Positions 1-7,843 of a stretch of DNA of 32,000 bases are shown here, piece by piece. The notes beneath the pieces are model-generated. The model had not been told where the DNA came from and did not search any database. It saw only the letters and a program-made list of their open reading frames with translations. How positions within the stretch are numbered: the first letter of the stretch is position 1; each line of letters opens with the position of its first letter. The position numbers were made by a program, and so were the translations under genes. The DNA comes from Candidatus Saccharimonadota bacterium (lineage in GTDB: Bacteria > Patescibacteriota > Gracilibacteria > UBA4473), in contig OY781871.1 in the NCBI GenBank assembly GCA_963677105.1, positions 810,001 through 842,000 on the forward strand, in the 5' to 3' direction.

Positions 1-816
1 TCAAACGATTCAGTTCGTATGTATTTGAATGAGATTGGAAGAGTAAATCTTTTGACAGCGCAAGAAGAAGTTGATTTAGCAAAACGTATTGAGAAAGGAG
101 ATTTATCAGCAAAACAACGTTTGGCAGAGTGTAATCTTCGTTTGGTTGTTTCTATTGCAAAACGATATATAGGACGAGGACTTCCATTTTTGGATCTTAT
201 GCAAGAGGGAAATCTTGGATTGCTTCGTGCCGTTGAAAAATTTGATTATCGAAAAGGATTTAAATTTTCTACATATGCTACTTGGTGGATTCGTCAGGCA
301 ATTACACGAGCAATTGCAGATCAAGCACGAACAATTCGTATTCCTGTTCATATGGTAGAAACCATTAATAAATTGCGTTATACGCAACGTCGACTGCAAC
401 AAGAACTCGGACGAGATCCATTGTCAGAAGAAATTGCAGTAGAAATGAATTTGGATTTGAAAAAAGTGAATTATATTCTCAAGATTTCTCAAGACATTGT
501 GTCTCTGGAAGCGCCAGTGGGAACAGAAGAAGATTCGAAATTATCGGATTTTATTGAAGATGATAAAATGTTATCTCCATTTGAGGTGACACATCGACAA
601 CTGATTAAAGAAAATATTGAAGACTTGTTGACCTACTTATCAGCGCGTGAACAGAAAATTATAAAAATGCGTTTTGGATTGGACGATGGAGTTCCTCATA
701 CGTTGGAAGAAGTTGGAAAAGAGTTTAACGTTACACGAGAACGAATTCGTCAGATTGAAGGAAAAGTACTTGAAAAATTACGTACTCATCCAATGGCGAA
801 TAAAATTGAGATTTGA
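1..816 (+). CDS. rpoD: RNA polymerase sigma-70 family factor (primary-sigma-like), 5' end cut by window edge
   Basis: Frame 1 is open from base 1 ([13 protein letters not shown], region 1.2). [25 protein letters not shown] matches the region 2 RpoD box. The C-terminal [20 protein letters not shown] is a region 4.2 HTH. TGA stop at 814-816. Confidence 0.9.
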   Translation, partial: SNDSVRMYLNEIGRVNLLTAQEEVDLAKRIEKGDLSAKQRLAECNLRLVVSIAKRYIGRGLPFLDLMQEGNLGLLRAVEKFDYRKGFKFSTYATWWIRQAITRAIADQARTIRIPVHMVETINKLRYTQRRLQQELGRDPLSEEIAVEMNLDLKKVNYILKISQDIVSLEAPVGTEEDSKLSDFIEDDKMLSPFEVTHRQLIKENIEDLLTYLSAREQKIIKMRFGLDDGVPHTLEEVGKEFNVTRERIRQIEGKVLEKLRTHPMANKIEI

Positions 817-877
817 TTTTTATTTCCTGGTCGCTAAACTGCGCCCGGGTTTCCTTACTATTTTACCCACTTGAACC

Positions 878-1360
878 ATGGCAAAAGCTGACGACAAGAA
901 CAAAAAAATACTGCTTACCGCAGCAGGATTACAAAAATTACAAGACGAACTTGAGGAATTAAAAACGACTGGACGACTAGAAGTTGCAGCACGTTTGAAA
1001 ACAGCGATTGAGTTCGGAGATTTATCTGAAAATGCAGAATATGATGAGGCGAAAAATCAACAAGCATTTGTTGAATCGCGTATTTCAGAACTGGAATCTC
1101 AGTTGAAAAATGTTGAAGTGGTTGAAGAATCAAAAACAGGTACAATTCAGATTGGTTCAGATGTTGTATTGAAAATGAAAGGAGAAAAAGAATCTCATAC
1201 ATACACAATTGTAGGTTCTACGGAAGCAGATTCTTTGGTTCACAAAATTTCAAATGAGTCTCCAGTTGGAGCAGCAATTTTGGGAAAGAAAAAAGGCGAA
1301 AAAGTAAAAGTAGCAGCACCTGGAGGAGAATTTGAATATGAAATCATTGAGGTAAAATAA
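878..1360 (+). CDS. greA: Transcription elongation factor GreA
   Basis: 160 aa. The N-terminal coiled coil carries FGDLSENAEYDEAK, the acidic-tip motif of the Gre family. The C-terminal globular domain contains ISNESPVGAAILGKKKGEKV. ATG start, TAA stop. Confidence 0.9.
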   Translation: MAKADDKNKKILLTAAGLQKLQDELEELKTTGRLEVAARLKTAIEFGDLSENAEYDEAKNQQAFVESRISELESQLKNVEVVEESKTGTIQIGSDVVLKMKGEKESHTYTIVGSTEADSLVHKISNESPVGAAILGKKKGEKVKVAAPGGEFEYEIIEVK

Positions 1361-1387
1361 TTGCAAAATAAAGAGCATTTAATAAAT

Positions 1388-1425
1388 GAAGGTGAAAATT
1401 GGAATTCTCACCTTCGTTGTATTGA
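1388..1425 (+). terminator. Hairpin downstream of greA
   Basis: GAAGGTGA (1388-1395) pairs with TCACCTTC (1408-1415). A weak T-rich tail (GTTGTATTG) follows. Confidence 0.45.
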
Positions 1426-1458
1426 TGTAATAAAATTTTTTATGATACACTTTTCATA

Positions 1459-1875
1459 ATGAAAAATTACAGACCTGTTGCGGCGATTTCAGTTGAGAGA
1501 GAAGGGAAGTGCTTGCTGGTGCGAAAGCCAAGAAAAGAAAATGCGTGGCAATTTCCTCAAGGTGGAGTTGACAAAGGAGAAACGTTTTTACAAGCAGCAG
1601 AACGAGAATTGAAAGAAGAATGTGGAGCAAATTTGAAAATAAAAATTTCACCAGAATGTATTACAGAATATAGATATGATTTTCCTGCAGATTTTTTACG
1701 TCATCATGGGGAATTTGCAGGAGCGAATGTAAAATTCTTCCACGCAAAATATATTTCTGGCGAACCAGAAGTTGATACGAAAGAAATTGTGGAAGCTCGT
1801 TGGTGTTTTCCGGAAGAAATACAAAAATTAGTAGAGAAGGAGTATTGGGAAGTTGTGAAAGAGATCGTGAAATAA
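1459..1875 (+). CDS. NUDIX hydrolase
   Basis: Complete Nudix box GX5EX7REUXEEXGU, seen as GGVDKGETFLQAAERELKEECGA. 138 aa, a typical single-domain size. Confidence 0.8.
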   Translation: MKNYRPVAAISVEREGKCLLVRKPRKENAWQFPQGGVDKGETFLQAAERELKEECGANLKIKISPECITEYRYDFPADFLRHHGEFAGANVKFFHAKYISGEPEVDTKEIVEARWCFPEEIQKLVEKEYWEVVKEIVK

Positions 1876-1879
1876 ATTT

Positions 1880-2761
1880 CTATTCCCACGAAAGGAATTT
1901 ATCTTTGTAAACGATTTTCGTATTTCCAATATTTTTAAAAGTATTTCCTCGAGGATTTTCTTTCAACCAACGCAAACAATCATCTATTTCAGAGGCACTT
2001 GGGGTTTTCTTCGAAATACGGCGTAAAAATTCAGTTTGGATAGTTGAGTCCAACTCAATGAAAAAATTAAGCTCTATTGGTTCAATATTTGGAAGATTTT
2101 TTTCAATAAAATTTGATGCGTCCTGAAATATTTTTGATTCACGAACAAACACTTGTTCGAGGTTTGGAGTAATTTTTCGGAGAACTGGAAGAACTTCTTG
2201 TCGAATTAAGTTTCGTTCAAAATTTGTGTTCAAGTTGCTCTCATCTTCGCTCCATTTAAGCTTATTATCAGTTGCATATTTTTCGATTTCACTTCGTGGA
2301 ACATTCCATAACGGTTTTTTCGAAACATCAAATGGAGCAAGTCCAGAAATTCCACATCCTTTCGTCAGTCGCCAAACCATCGTTTCCACCAAATCTGTTG
2401 CGTGATGTCCCGTGAGAATTCGATTAATATTATATGTTGTAACACATTTTTCGAAGATTTTTTTTCGTTCTTCTCTCCATGTAGCTTCCTGGTTTTTTTG
2501 CGGAACACTGGTAAGTTTTTTGCCGATAAAATGTGTATGAAGATTTTTGCACATTTCTTCAACCATATTCCATTCGATGTCGCATGTAGAGCGAGTCCCG
2601 TGATGAATGTGTAAAACAAAAATCTGTTCAGGATTCACACATTTTGCAATGAGATGCAAAAGAACAGTGGAATCAATTCCACCAGAAACAGCAATGCCAA
2701 CATTTTTATTTACGAGATTTTCTCGCTCTAGGAATTTTGTGACGATTTCCTTTAAATTCAT
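1880..2761 (-). CDS. tilS: tRNA(Ile)-lysidine synthetase
   Basis: N-terminal PP-loop GIAVSGGIDSTVLLHL. TGHHATDLVETMVWRL is typical of the TilS ATP-pyrophosphatase domain. 293 aa. Confidence 0.85.
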   Translation of the reverse strand: MNLKEIVTKFLERENLVNKNVGIAVSGGIDSTVLLHLIAKCVNPEQIFVLHIHHGTRSTCDIEWNMVEEMCKNLHTHFIGKKLTSVPQKNQEATWREERKKIFEKCVTTYNINRILTGHHATDLVETMVWRLTKGCGISGLAPFDVSKKPLWNVPRSEIEKYATDNKLKWSEDESNLNTNFERNLIRQEVLPVLRKITPNLEQVFVRESKIFQDASNFIEKNLPNIEPIELNFFIELDSTIQTEFLRRISKKTPSASEIDDCLRWLKENPRGNTFKNIGNTKIVYKDKFLSWE

Positions 2762-2769
2762 TTAAACGT

Positions 2770-2794
2770 TTGTAGTTTGAAGATTGAAAATTGA
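2770..2794. repeat. Dispersed intergenic word cluster, copy A
   Basis: Contains TTGTAGTTTGAA (2770-2781) and TTGAAAATTGA (2784-2794). Lies between the dut stop and the tilS start. Confidence 0.6.
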
Positions 2795-2801
2795 AGTTTG
2801 A

Positions 2802-3236
2802 TTATATGTGTCCAGTACTGCCAAATCCACCGCGAGAATCATGGTTTGGGTGATTTACTTCATTCCATTCCGCTTGATCTGAACGAACAAAGAGTCCTTG
2901 TGCAAGGCGTTCTCCTCGTTCAACAATTACAGGGTTATCATCAAAATTTAGAACTTGTATTTTTATTTCATCTTCTGGGCCACAATAATCACAATCGATC
3001 AGTCCTGGAGAATTTGGAATCAATAATGACTTTTTCCGAAATAACGAACTGCGCGGTAAAATGAGCAGAGAATGACCTTCGGGGACTTTTACAATAAGGT
3101 TTCCGGGAACAAACCCGACAGCATGTGCTTCAATTGTAATTGTTTCACGTGCAATAAAATCAAAAGCACAACTTCCTTTGGTTTGATATTTCGGGAGAGG
3201 AAGTGTCGAATCAACGCGGTATACATTTATTTTCAT
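2802..3236 (-). CDS. dut: dUTP diphosphatase (trimeric dUTPase/dCTP-deaminase superfamily)
   Basis: Motifs PRSSL, GLIDCDYCG and C-terminal SRGGFGSTG. The track ORF extends to a TTG at 3272. The ATG at 3236 (MKINVYRV) is preferred because it avoids overlap with the divergent gene. Confidence 0.8.
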   Translation of the reverse strand: MKINVYRVDSTLPLPKYQTKGSCAFDFIARETITIEAHAVGFVPGNLIVKVPEGHSLLILPRSSLFRKKSLLIPNSPGLIDCDYCGPEDEIKIQVLNFDDNPVIVERGERLAQGLFVRSDQAEWNEVNHPNHDSRGGFGSTGHI

Positions 3237-3283
3237 CCTCGAAAAAGTAGCATTTTTTTGAAATTTTGGCAAAATCTAAGAAG

Positions 3284-4789
3284 ATGAGGAAAATATTTTT
3301 GGCTTTCAGTATACTTGTTCTTACAAGTCTAAATTATACATACGCAGAAGAAAGTGCAGTTGAGATTGTAGAGCAGGTTTTACAACCAGTTATTACAGTT
3401 GATTCGTTTGTTCCAATAGGAGAAAAAGTTCTTTTTGATGCAACAAATTCAGGATTACTTGCGCCATCTGCAGGAGTACCAGTTTATGCATGGAATTTTG
3501 GTGATGGAAGTCGTATGAAATGGGGATCTCAAGTTGGATATCAATTTGATAAAGCAGGACGATACACAGTACGTTTACAATTACGACAAGGAAGACAGAG
3601 GGAAGTAATAGAGCGGACAATTTCAGTGTTTAATCGTCGAGCAGTATTAGTTGCAGATCCAGATTTTGATGCTTCAGGATTAATTGAACGTGCTGGAAAA
3701 TATGGAATTTGGCTTGATGTTATACCATTTTCACGTTCTGTTTCAGGAGTGACAGCAGATGAGCAATTTATGAAGAAACTGCAAATAAAACAATCGTTTA
3801 TTGAACAGGCAGATTTAATTATTTTTTACACAGAAAATTCAGGAGGAGTTCAGGGAGTTGCACAATGGTGGAAAGGGTTGCCAGAAGAAAATAGATTTAA
3901 TCCTACACATAAGTTTTGGGTTCAAGTCTCAACTGGATCACTTTCACAATTGCGGAAATTATCACAACCAGGATTTGGGATATTGCAACCAGAAAAAATA
4001 TTACTTACGCGACCAGAGGCGTTAGATGTCATTTTTGCTGCAGCAAAAATGGAATCAGTGGCAAATGAGTTGCGAGCAAGAGGTGTAGAATCTCAAATAT
4101 TAGATGATCGTGTGAGTGCATCATGGTTCTTGCCAATTTCTCGAACAATGACGTATTTCGTAACACATGGAGTAACGCAAAGTGTTCTCTTTTTATTGTT
4201 AGTAGTGCCTTTTATAACTTTTTTAATTGCGTTTGCTAGACAAGTTATTGGATTACGAACATTTGGTGTTTATGCCCCATTAATGCTGACTTTGTCGTTT
4301 ATTTTATTAGGATTTAGATTTGGTTTTGCCGTATTTTCTGTAGTATTGATTGTGAGTTATTTGATTCGATTATTATTCGATAAAGTTGAGTTGCTCTATA
4401 TTCCAAAAATTTCATTACTTTTGTCGGCATTAGCGCTTTCATTTTTTCTTGTTCTGGGAGTAGCAGTGCAATTTGATACACAAACAAATTTAGCATTAGC
4501 TGTTTTCCCGATGTTGGTAATGTCAACAATATCAGAGAAATTTTTGTCTGCACAATCTGAAGGAGGACTAAAATCAGCCGTACAAATAGCAGGAGAAACA
4601 GTAATCGTTTCATTATTGGCATTCATGTTTGTTCAGTGGAATTGGATGCAAAATTTAATACTTGCGTTTCCTGAAATAATGTTACTTCCAATTCTAGGAT
4701 GTATTTGGATTGGACGATGGACAGGATTGCGGTTGACTGAATATTTTCGGTTTTCAGCCTTATTTCGTGATGACTCCAGAGAAGAATGA
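3284..4789 (+). CDS. Secreted PKD-domain protein fused to a C-terminal 7TM module of the type usually fused to an inactive transglutaminase
   Basis: Signal peptide MRKIFLAFSILVLTSLNYTYAEE. PKD-like segment at nt 3386-3631 with WNFGDGS and GRYTVRL. About seven hydrophobic helices lie at nt 4172-4720, with RQVIGLRTFGVYAPLML and the terminal GRWTGLRLTEYFRF characteristic of that 7TM family. The track start at 3266 is TTG, so the ATG at 3284 is preferred. The stop overlaps the next start (ATGA). Confidence 0.75.
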   Translation: MRKIFLAFSILVLTSLNYTYAEESAVEIVEQVLQPVITVDSFVPIGEKVLFDATNSGLLAPSAGVPVYAWNFGDGSRMKWGSQVGYQFDKAGRYTVRLQLRQGRQREVIERTISVFNRRAVLVADPDFDASGLIERAGKYGIWLDVIPFSRSVSGVTADEQFMKKLQIKQSFIEQADLIIFYTENSGGVQGVAQWWKGLPEENRFNPTHKFWVQVSTGSLSQLRKLSQPGFGILQPEKILLTRPEALDVIFAAAKMESVANELRARGVESQILDDRVSASWFLPISRTMTYFVTHGVTQSVLFLLLVVPFITFLIAFARQVIGLRTFGVYAPLMLTLSFILLGFRFGFAVFSVVLIVSYLIRLLFDKVELLYIPKISLLLSALALSFFLVLGVAVQFDTQTNLALAVFPMLVMSTISEKFLSAQSEGGLKSAVQIAGETVIVSLLAFMFVQWNWMQNLILAFPEIMLLPILGCIWIGRWTGLRLTEYFRFSALFRDDSREE

Positions 4790-7089
4790 GTTTTTTTCAA
4801 CGAGCAAATCGGATATTAGGCATGAACGCGCGTAATCTAGAATACGTTGCTCGACACAATTCTTTTGCAGATAAAAAATTCGCAGATGATAAAATTTTTA
4901 CCAAAAATTTTTTGTCATCACGTGGTATTGGAGTGGCAAAATTATTTCATGTAATACGCTCTCATACACAAGTAACACCAGAGTTTATAAAATCTTTACC
5001 GAGTGCATTTGTTATAAAACCAAATCGTGGGTTTGGAGGAGGAGGAATTTATGTATTTTTGGAAAAACAAAATGAAAAATGGATCACTCCATCAGGAGAG
5101 AAGTTCGATGTAAATGATATTTTTCGTCATTGTATTGATATTTTAGAAGGAAAATATTCTATTTCGGGAGTACAAGACAGTGTTATTTTTGAAGAAGTAC
5201 TTGTGGCACATTCTGCATTTCGTTCTTTGACAGAAATAGGATTGCCAGATATTCGTGTAATTGTATTTAATCGTGTTCCAGTTTTAGCAATGTTACGAAT
5301 TCCGACAGAAGAATCTGAAGGAAAAGCGAATATGGAGCTTGGAGCATATGGAATGGGAATAGATTTATCTACCGGAAAAACTACTGGCGCAGCCTATCAT
5401 TCTAAATTTTTAAAAAAATTACCAAATGGAGAGCCTACAGTAGGATTTGAAGTTCCATTTTGGGACGAAATTTTATTAGCGGCAGCACGAGTACAACATA
5501 CAACAGGAATTGGGTTTTTAGGATGTGATTTTGTAGTGGTTCCATCAGGAGTAAAGGTGTTGGAAGTAAATGCTCGACCAGGATTAAAAATTCAAATAGC
5601 AAATAATACGCCGTTAAAACCTCGTTTGAAAAAAGTAGCAGATTTGAATATTGCGTCTCCAGAAGATGGAGCAAAAATAGCAAAACAATTATTTGCACAA
5701 ACTGTTTCAGTAGACTCATCAAAACCAAAACGAGAAGTAATCGGTGCGATTGAGTCAGTCGTATTAAATCTTTCTTCTCCAGAAATGGTATTAGCAAAAG
5801 TAGATTTAGGTGCCTCAGCGAACATTATTTCTGCTCGTTTTGCAACAGAGATAAAAGGTCTTTTGGACATAACAATTGGAGGACAACGTTTAAAATTACC
5901 AGTAAAAGAAGGGGAAACAGGGGAGTTTGACTTGCTCTTAGCTGGAAAATTTTTAACTGATTTTCTTATTGATGTGAACAAAAAAGTTGAACACTCTCCG
6001 GAGCTTATTGCTGCGGATTTAGATGAACGAAAATTAAAAAGTTTAGATGAAAAAGTATCAGAGATAGATGAGCAAATAAAACTTTTATCTGTTCTCAATC
6101 CGAGGAATTTATTGGAACAAAAAGAATTATTTTTTGCTCATAAAGATTATGTTCCTCGATTTCTTTATCGTGCTATTGAGTTAGACATTGATCGTTTTCG
6201 CAGAGAGTTAAAACGATTACCAACTAATATAGATCATATATTGGTTCCATTATTTAAAAATAAAATCCAAGAATTATCATATAAATTGGACTTAATTGAA
6301 GCACGAGAAACAGATCATTTTTCACAAGCCTCAGAAGTTTTATTTGGAAAAGTAACACAATCTCTGTATCGAGAAGCAGTAGATTTCATAAAGAAACATG
6401 CAAAAATTCTGGCAGACACGAGTTTAGTCGTTGATGCAAAGGGAGCGGCGGCGGTGGTTGAAAATTTTTGTAAGAAAAATAAATTGGGACATTGGACGGT
6501 TTCAATCATTAATGATTCTGTGGCAGATATGCAGGTTTCCAAAAAAGGGAAAGTGCTCATTCGGAAAGATGCGACCTTTACTGAAAACAGATTAACAGCG
6601 TTATTAGTACATGAAATTGGAACACATGTGTTTCGATTTGAAAATGGAAAACGACAAAAATTCCGATTATTTGAGCGTGGAACAGCTGGATATTTAGAAA
6701 CAGAAGAAGGATTGGCGATTTATAATCAAAACCAATTAGGACTTCCTTTAGGTGAAAAATTCCTTACGCCGGCATTATTGGTTGTTGCGATTTTCTTGGC
6801 GAAAAAGATGGGGTTTCGTGAGTTATTTGAAATTCTACAACAAACCTATTCTTTATCCGATGAAGTTGCATGGAAGCTGTGTGTAAAGGCAAAACGTGGA
6901 ACGGCGGATCAATCAAAACCAGGTTCATTTACTAAAGATTTGGCATATTTCAAGGGAGAACGTGCAATTGAAAAGTTCGTAGAAAATGGGGGAGATATTC
7001 AGAGTTTATACATTGGAAAAGTAACTATTGCTGATCTAAAAGCACTGAAAAAGTTTGATGACATGGTAAAGCCGAAATGGAGTTTATAA
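4786..7089 (+). CDS. Three-domain fusion: RimK-related (alpha-L-glutamate-ligase-like) ATP-grasp, retropepsin-like DUF785 domain, and DUF1704/QEGLA (MATCAP-like) metallopeptidase
   Basis: aa 1-290: ILGMNARNLEYVARHN..FADDKIFTKNFL, VIKPNRGFGGGGI and LEVNARPGL are ATP-grasp hallmarks. aa 317-399: MVLAKVDLGASANIISA ... DLLLAGKFLTDFLIDV resembles the DUF785 pattern AKIDTGA...LLGR..L..F.VD. aa 418-767: LNPRNLLEQKELFF..PRFLYR, HEIGTH (nt 6610-6627) and ETEEGLA (nt 6697-6717) match DUF1704/QEGLA. Confidence 0.8.
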   Translation: MSFFQRANRILGMNARNLEYVARHNSFADKKFADDKIFTKNFLSSRGIGVAKLFHVIRSHTQVTPEFIKSLPSAFVIKPNRGFGGGGIYVFLEKQNEKWITPSGEKFDVNDIFRHCIDILEGKYSISGVQDSVIFEEVLVAHSAFRSLTEIGLPDIRVIVFNRVPVLAMLRIPTEESEGKANMELGAYGMGIDLSTGKTTGAAYHSKFLKKLPNGEPTVGFEVPFWDEILLAAARVQHTTGIGFLGCDFVVVPSGVKVLEVNARPGLKIQIANNTPLKPRLKKVADLNIASPEDGAKIAKQLFAQTVSVDSSKPKREVIGAIESVVLNLSSPEMVLAKVDLGASANIISARFATEIKGLLDITIGGQRLKLPVKEGETGEFDLLLAGKFLTDFLIDVNKKVEHSPELIAADLDERKLKSLDEKVSEIDEQIKLLSVLNPRNLLEQKELFFAHKDYVPRFLYRAIELDIDRFRRELKRLPTNIDHILVPLFKNKIQELSYKLDLIEARETDHFSQASEVLFGKVTQSLYREAVDFIKKHAKILADTSLVVDAKGAAAVVENFCKKNKLGHWTVSIINDSVADMQVSKKGKVLIRKDATFTENRLTALLVHEIGTHVFRFENGKRQKFRLFERGTAGYLETEEGLAIYNQNQLGLPLGEKFLTPALLVVAIFLAKKMGFRELFEILQQTYSLSDEVAWKLCVKAKRGTADQSKPGSFTKDLAYFKGERAIEKFVENGGDIQSLYIGKVTIADLKALKKFDDMVKPKWSL

Positions 7090-7129
7090 TCGCTTCGCTT
7101 CAAAGCTCAAATTACAAAGTGCAAAGTGT

Positions 7130-7717
7130 TTATTCTGTAATTTTTTTATACCAACTTGCAGCGAGTTTTTTATCTCCAGCTTCATCTTCATAGTCAAAAA
7201 TTTTATCTTTTTCCCAACCATTCTTTTTGTGAGATCCATGTGATTTTTCATTGTCTTCGTCAATTTGACAACACATAAAAATTTGTTTTTTTGTTTGTTT
7301 GCAAATTGTGCGGAGTACATCTTCAGTTTTCATTTCTAGAGCAGAAGAAACTCCTTGGCGACGAAAATTTTCATCTACCCATAGTGAATGTAACCAGTGG
7401 GAGTCAGTAGATTTTCCATATGATTTTCCTGCATTGACAATGCGGGCACCTATTACTTTTTCTTCTGATTTTGCAAGAACGAAAATCATACCAGATTTTT
7501 TTAAATGTTCTTTAAAATCTGTGACTGAGGTGAGTCCTCGTGATTTCAAAAACTCATCAGATGATTTTTTTCGATTTTTATATAAATCAATTAAAGATTC
7601 TATAGTTGCATCGTCTCCAGGGTTGTTTGCAGAAAAAACATCTACAGGAAAAGTTTTTGGAGCTTGTTCAAAAGTTGCTGGTAATTCTGTGATTTTTTCC
7701 ATCTGTATATTATACAT
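7130..7717 (-). CDS. GNAT family N-acetyltransferase
   Basis: LHSLWVDENFRRQGVSSAL is the acetyl-CoA-binding motif A (R/Q-x-x-G-x-G/A). A downstream N..S....K.NGW segment resembles motif B. 195 aa. Confidence 0.7.
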   Translation of the reverse strand: MYNIQMEKITELPATFEQAPKTFPVDVFSANNPGDDATIESLIDLYKNRKKSSDEFLKSRGLTSVTDFKEHLKKSGMIFVLAKSEEKVIGARIVNAGKSYGKSTDSHWLHSLWVDENFRRQGVSSALEMKTEDVLRTICKQTKKQIFMCCQIDEDNEKSHGSHKKNGWEKDKIFDYEDEAGDKKLAASWYKKITE

Positions 7718-7803
7718 CTTTTTTATTTAAAAGTAAAGAGTGTGAGGCACTTAAAAGGAAGTCTAATTTGCATAAAATTACAAACCATAAAGTGCAAATA
7801 GTA

Positions 7804-7820
7804 TTGTAGTTTGAACTTTT
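7804..7820. repeat. Dispersed intergenic word cluster, copy B
   Basis: Contains TTGTAGTTTGAA (7804-7815) and TTTGAACTTTT (7810-7820). Adjacent to the GTCCCGC hairpin. Confidence 0.6.
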
Positions 7821-7822
7821 AA

Positions 7823-7839
7823 GTCCCGCAAAGCGGGAC
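7823..7839 (-). terminator. GC hairpin immediately after the argS stop
   Basis: GTCCCGC-AAA-GCGGGAC is a perfect 7-bp stem, 4 nt downstream of the argS stop codon. On the minus strand it is followed by TTAAAAGTTCAAA. Confidence 0.5.
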
Positions 7840-7843
7840 GCCT

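Noticed and set aside
3236-3284. TTG-initiated extensions that make dut (to 3272) and the PKD-7TM gene (from 3266) overlap head to head
   Set aside because: Both extensions start at TTG and add only short basic peptides. ATG codons at 3236 and 3284 give standard N-termini (MKINVYRV, and a signal peptide starting MRKIF) and leave a 47-bp divergent spacer.
5592-6098. Long antisense ORFs inside confident genes (5592-6098, 7299-7730, 12208-12552 and 14642-14935)
   Set aside because: Each lies wholly within a gene that has clear family motifs on the opposite strand. Their translations are low-complexity and lack motifs, as is typical of AT-rich shadow ORFs.
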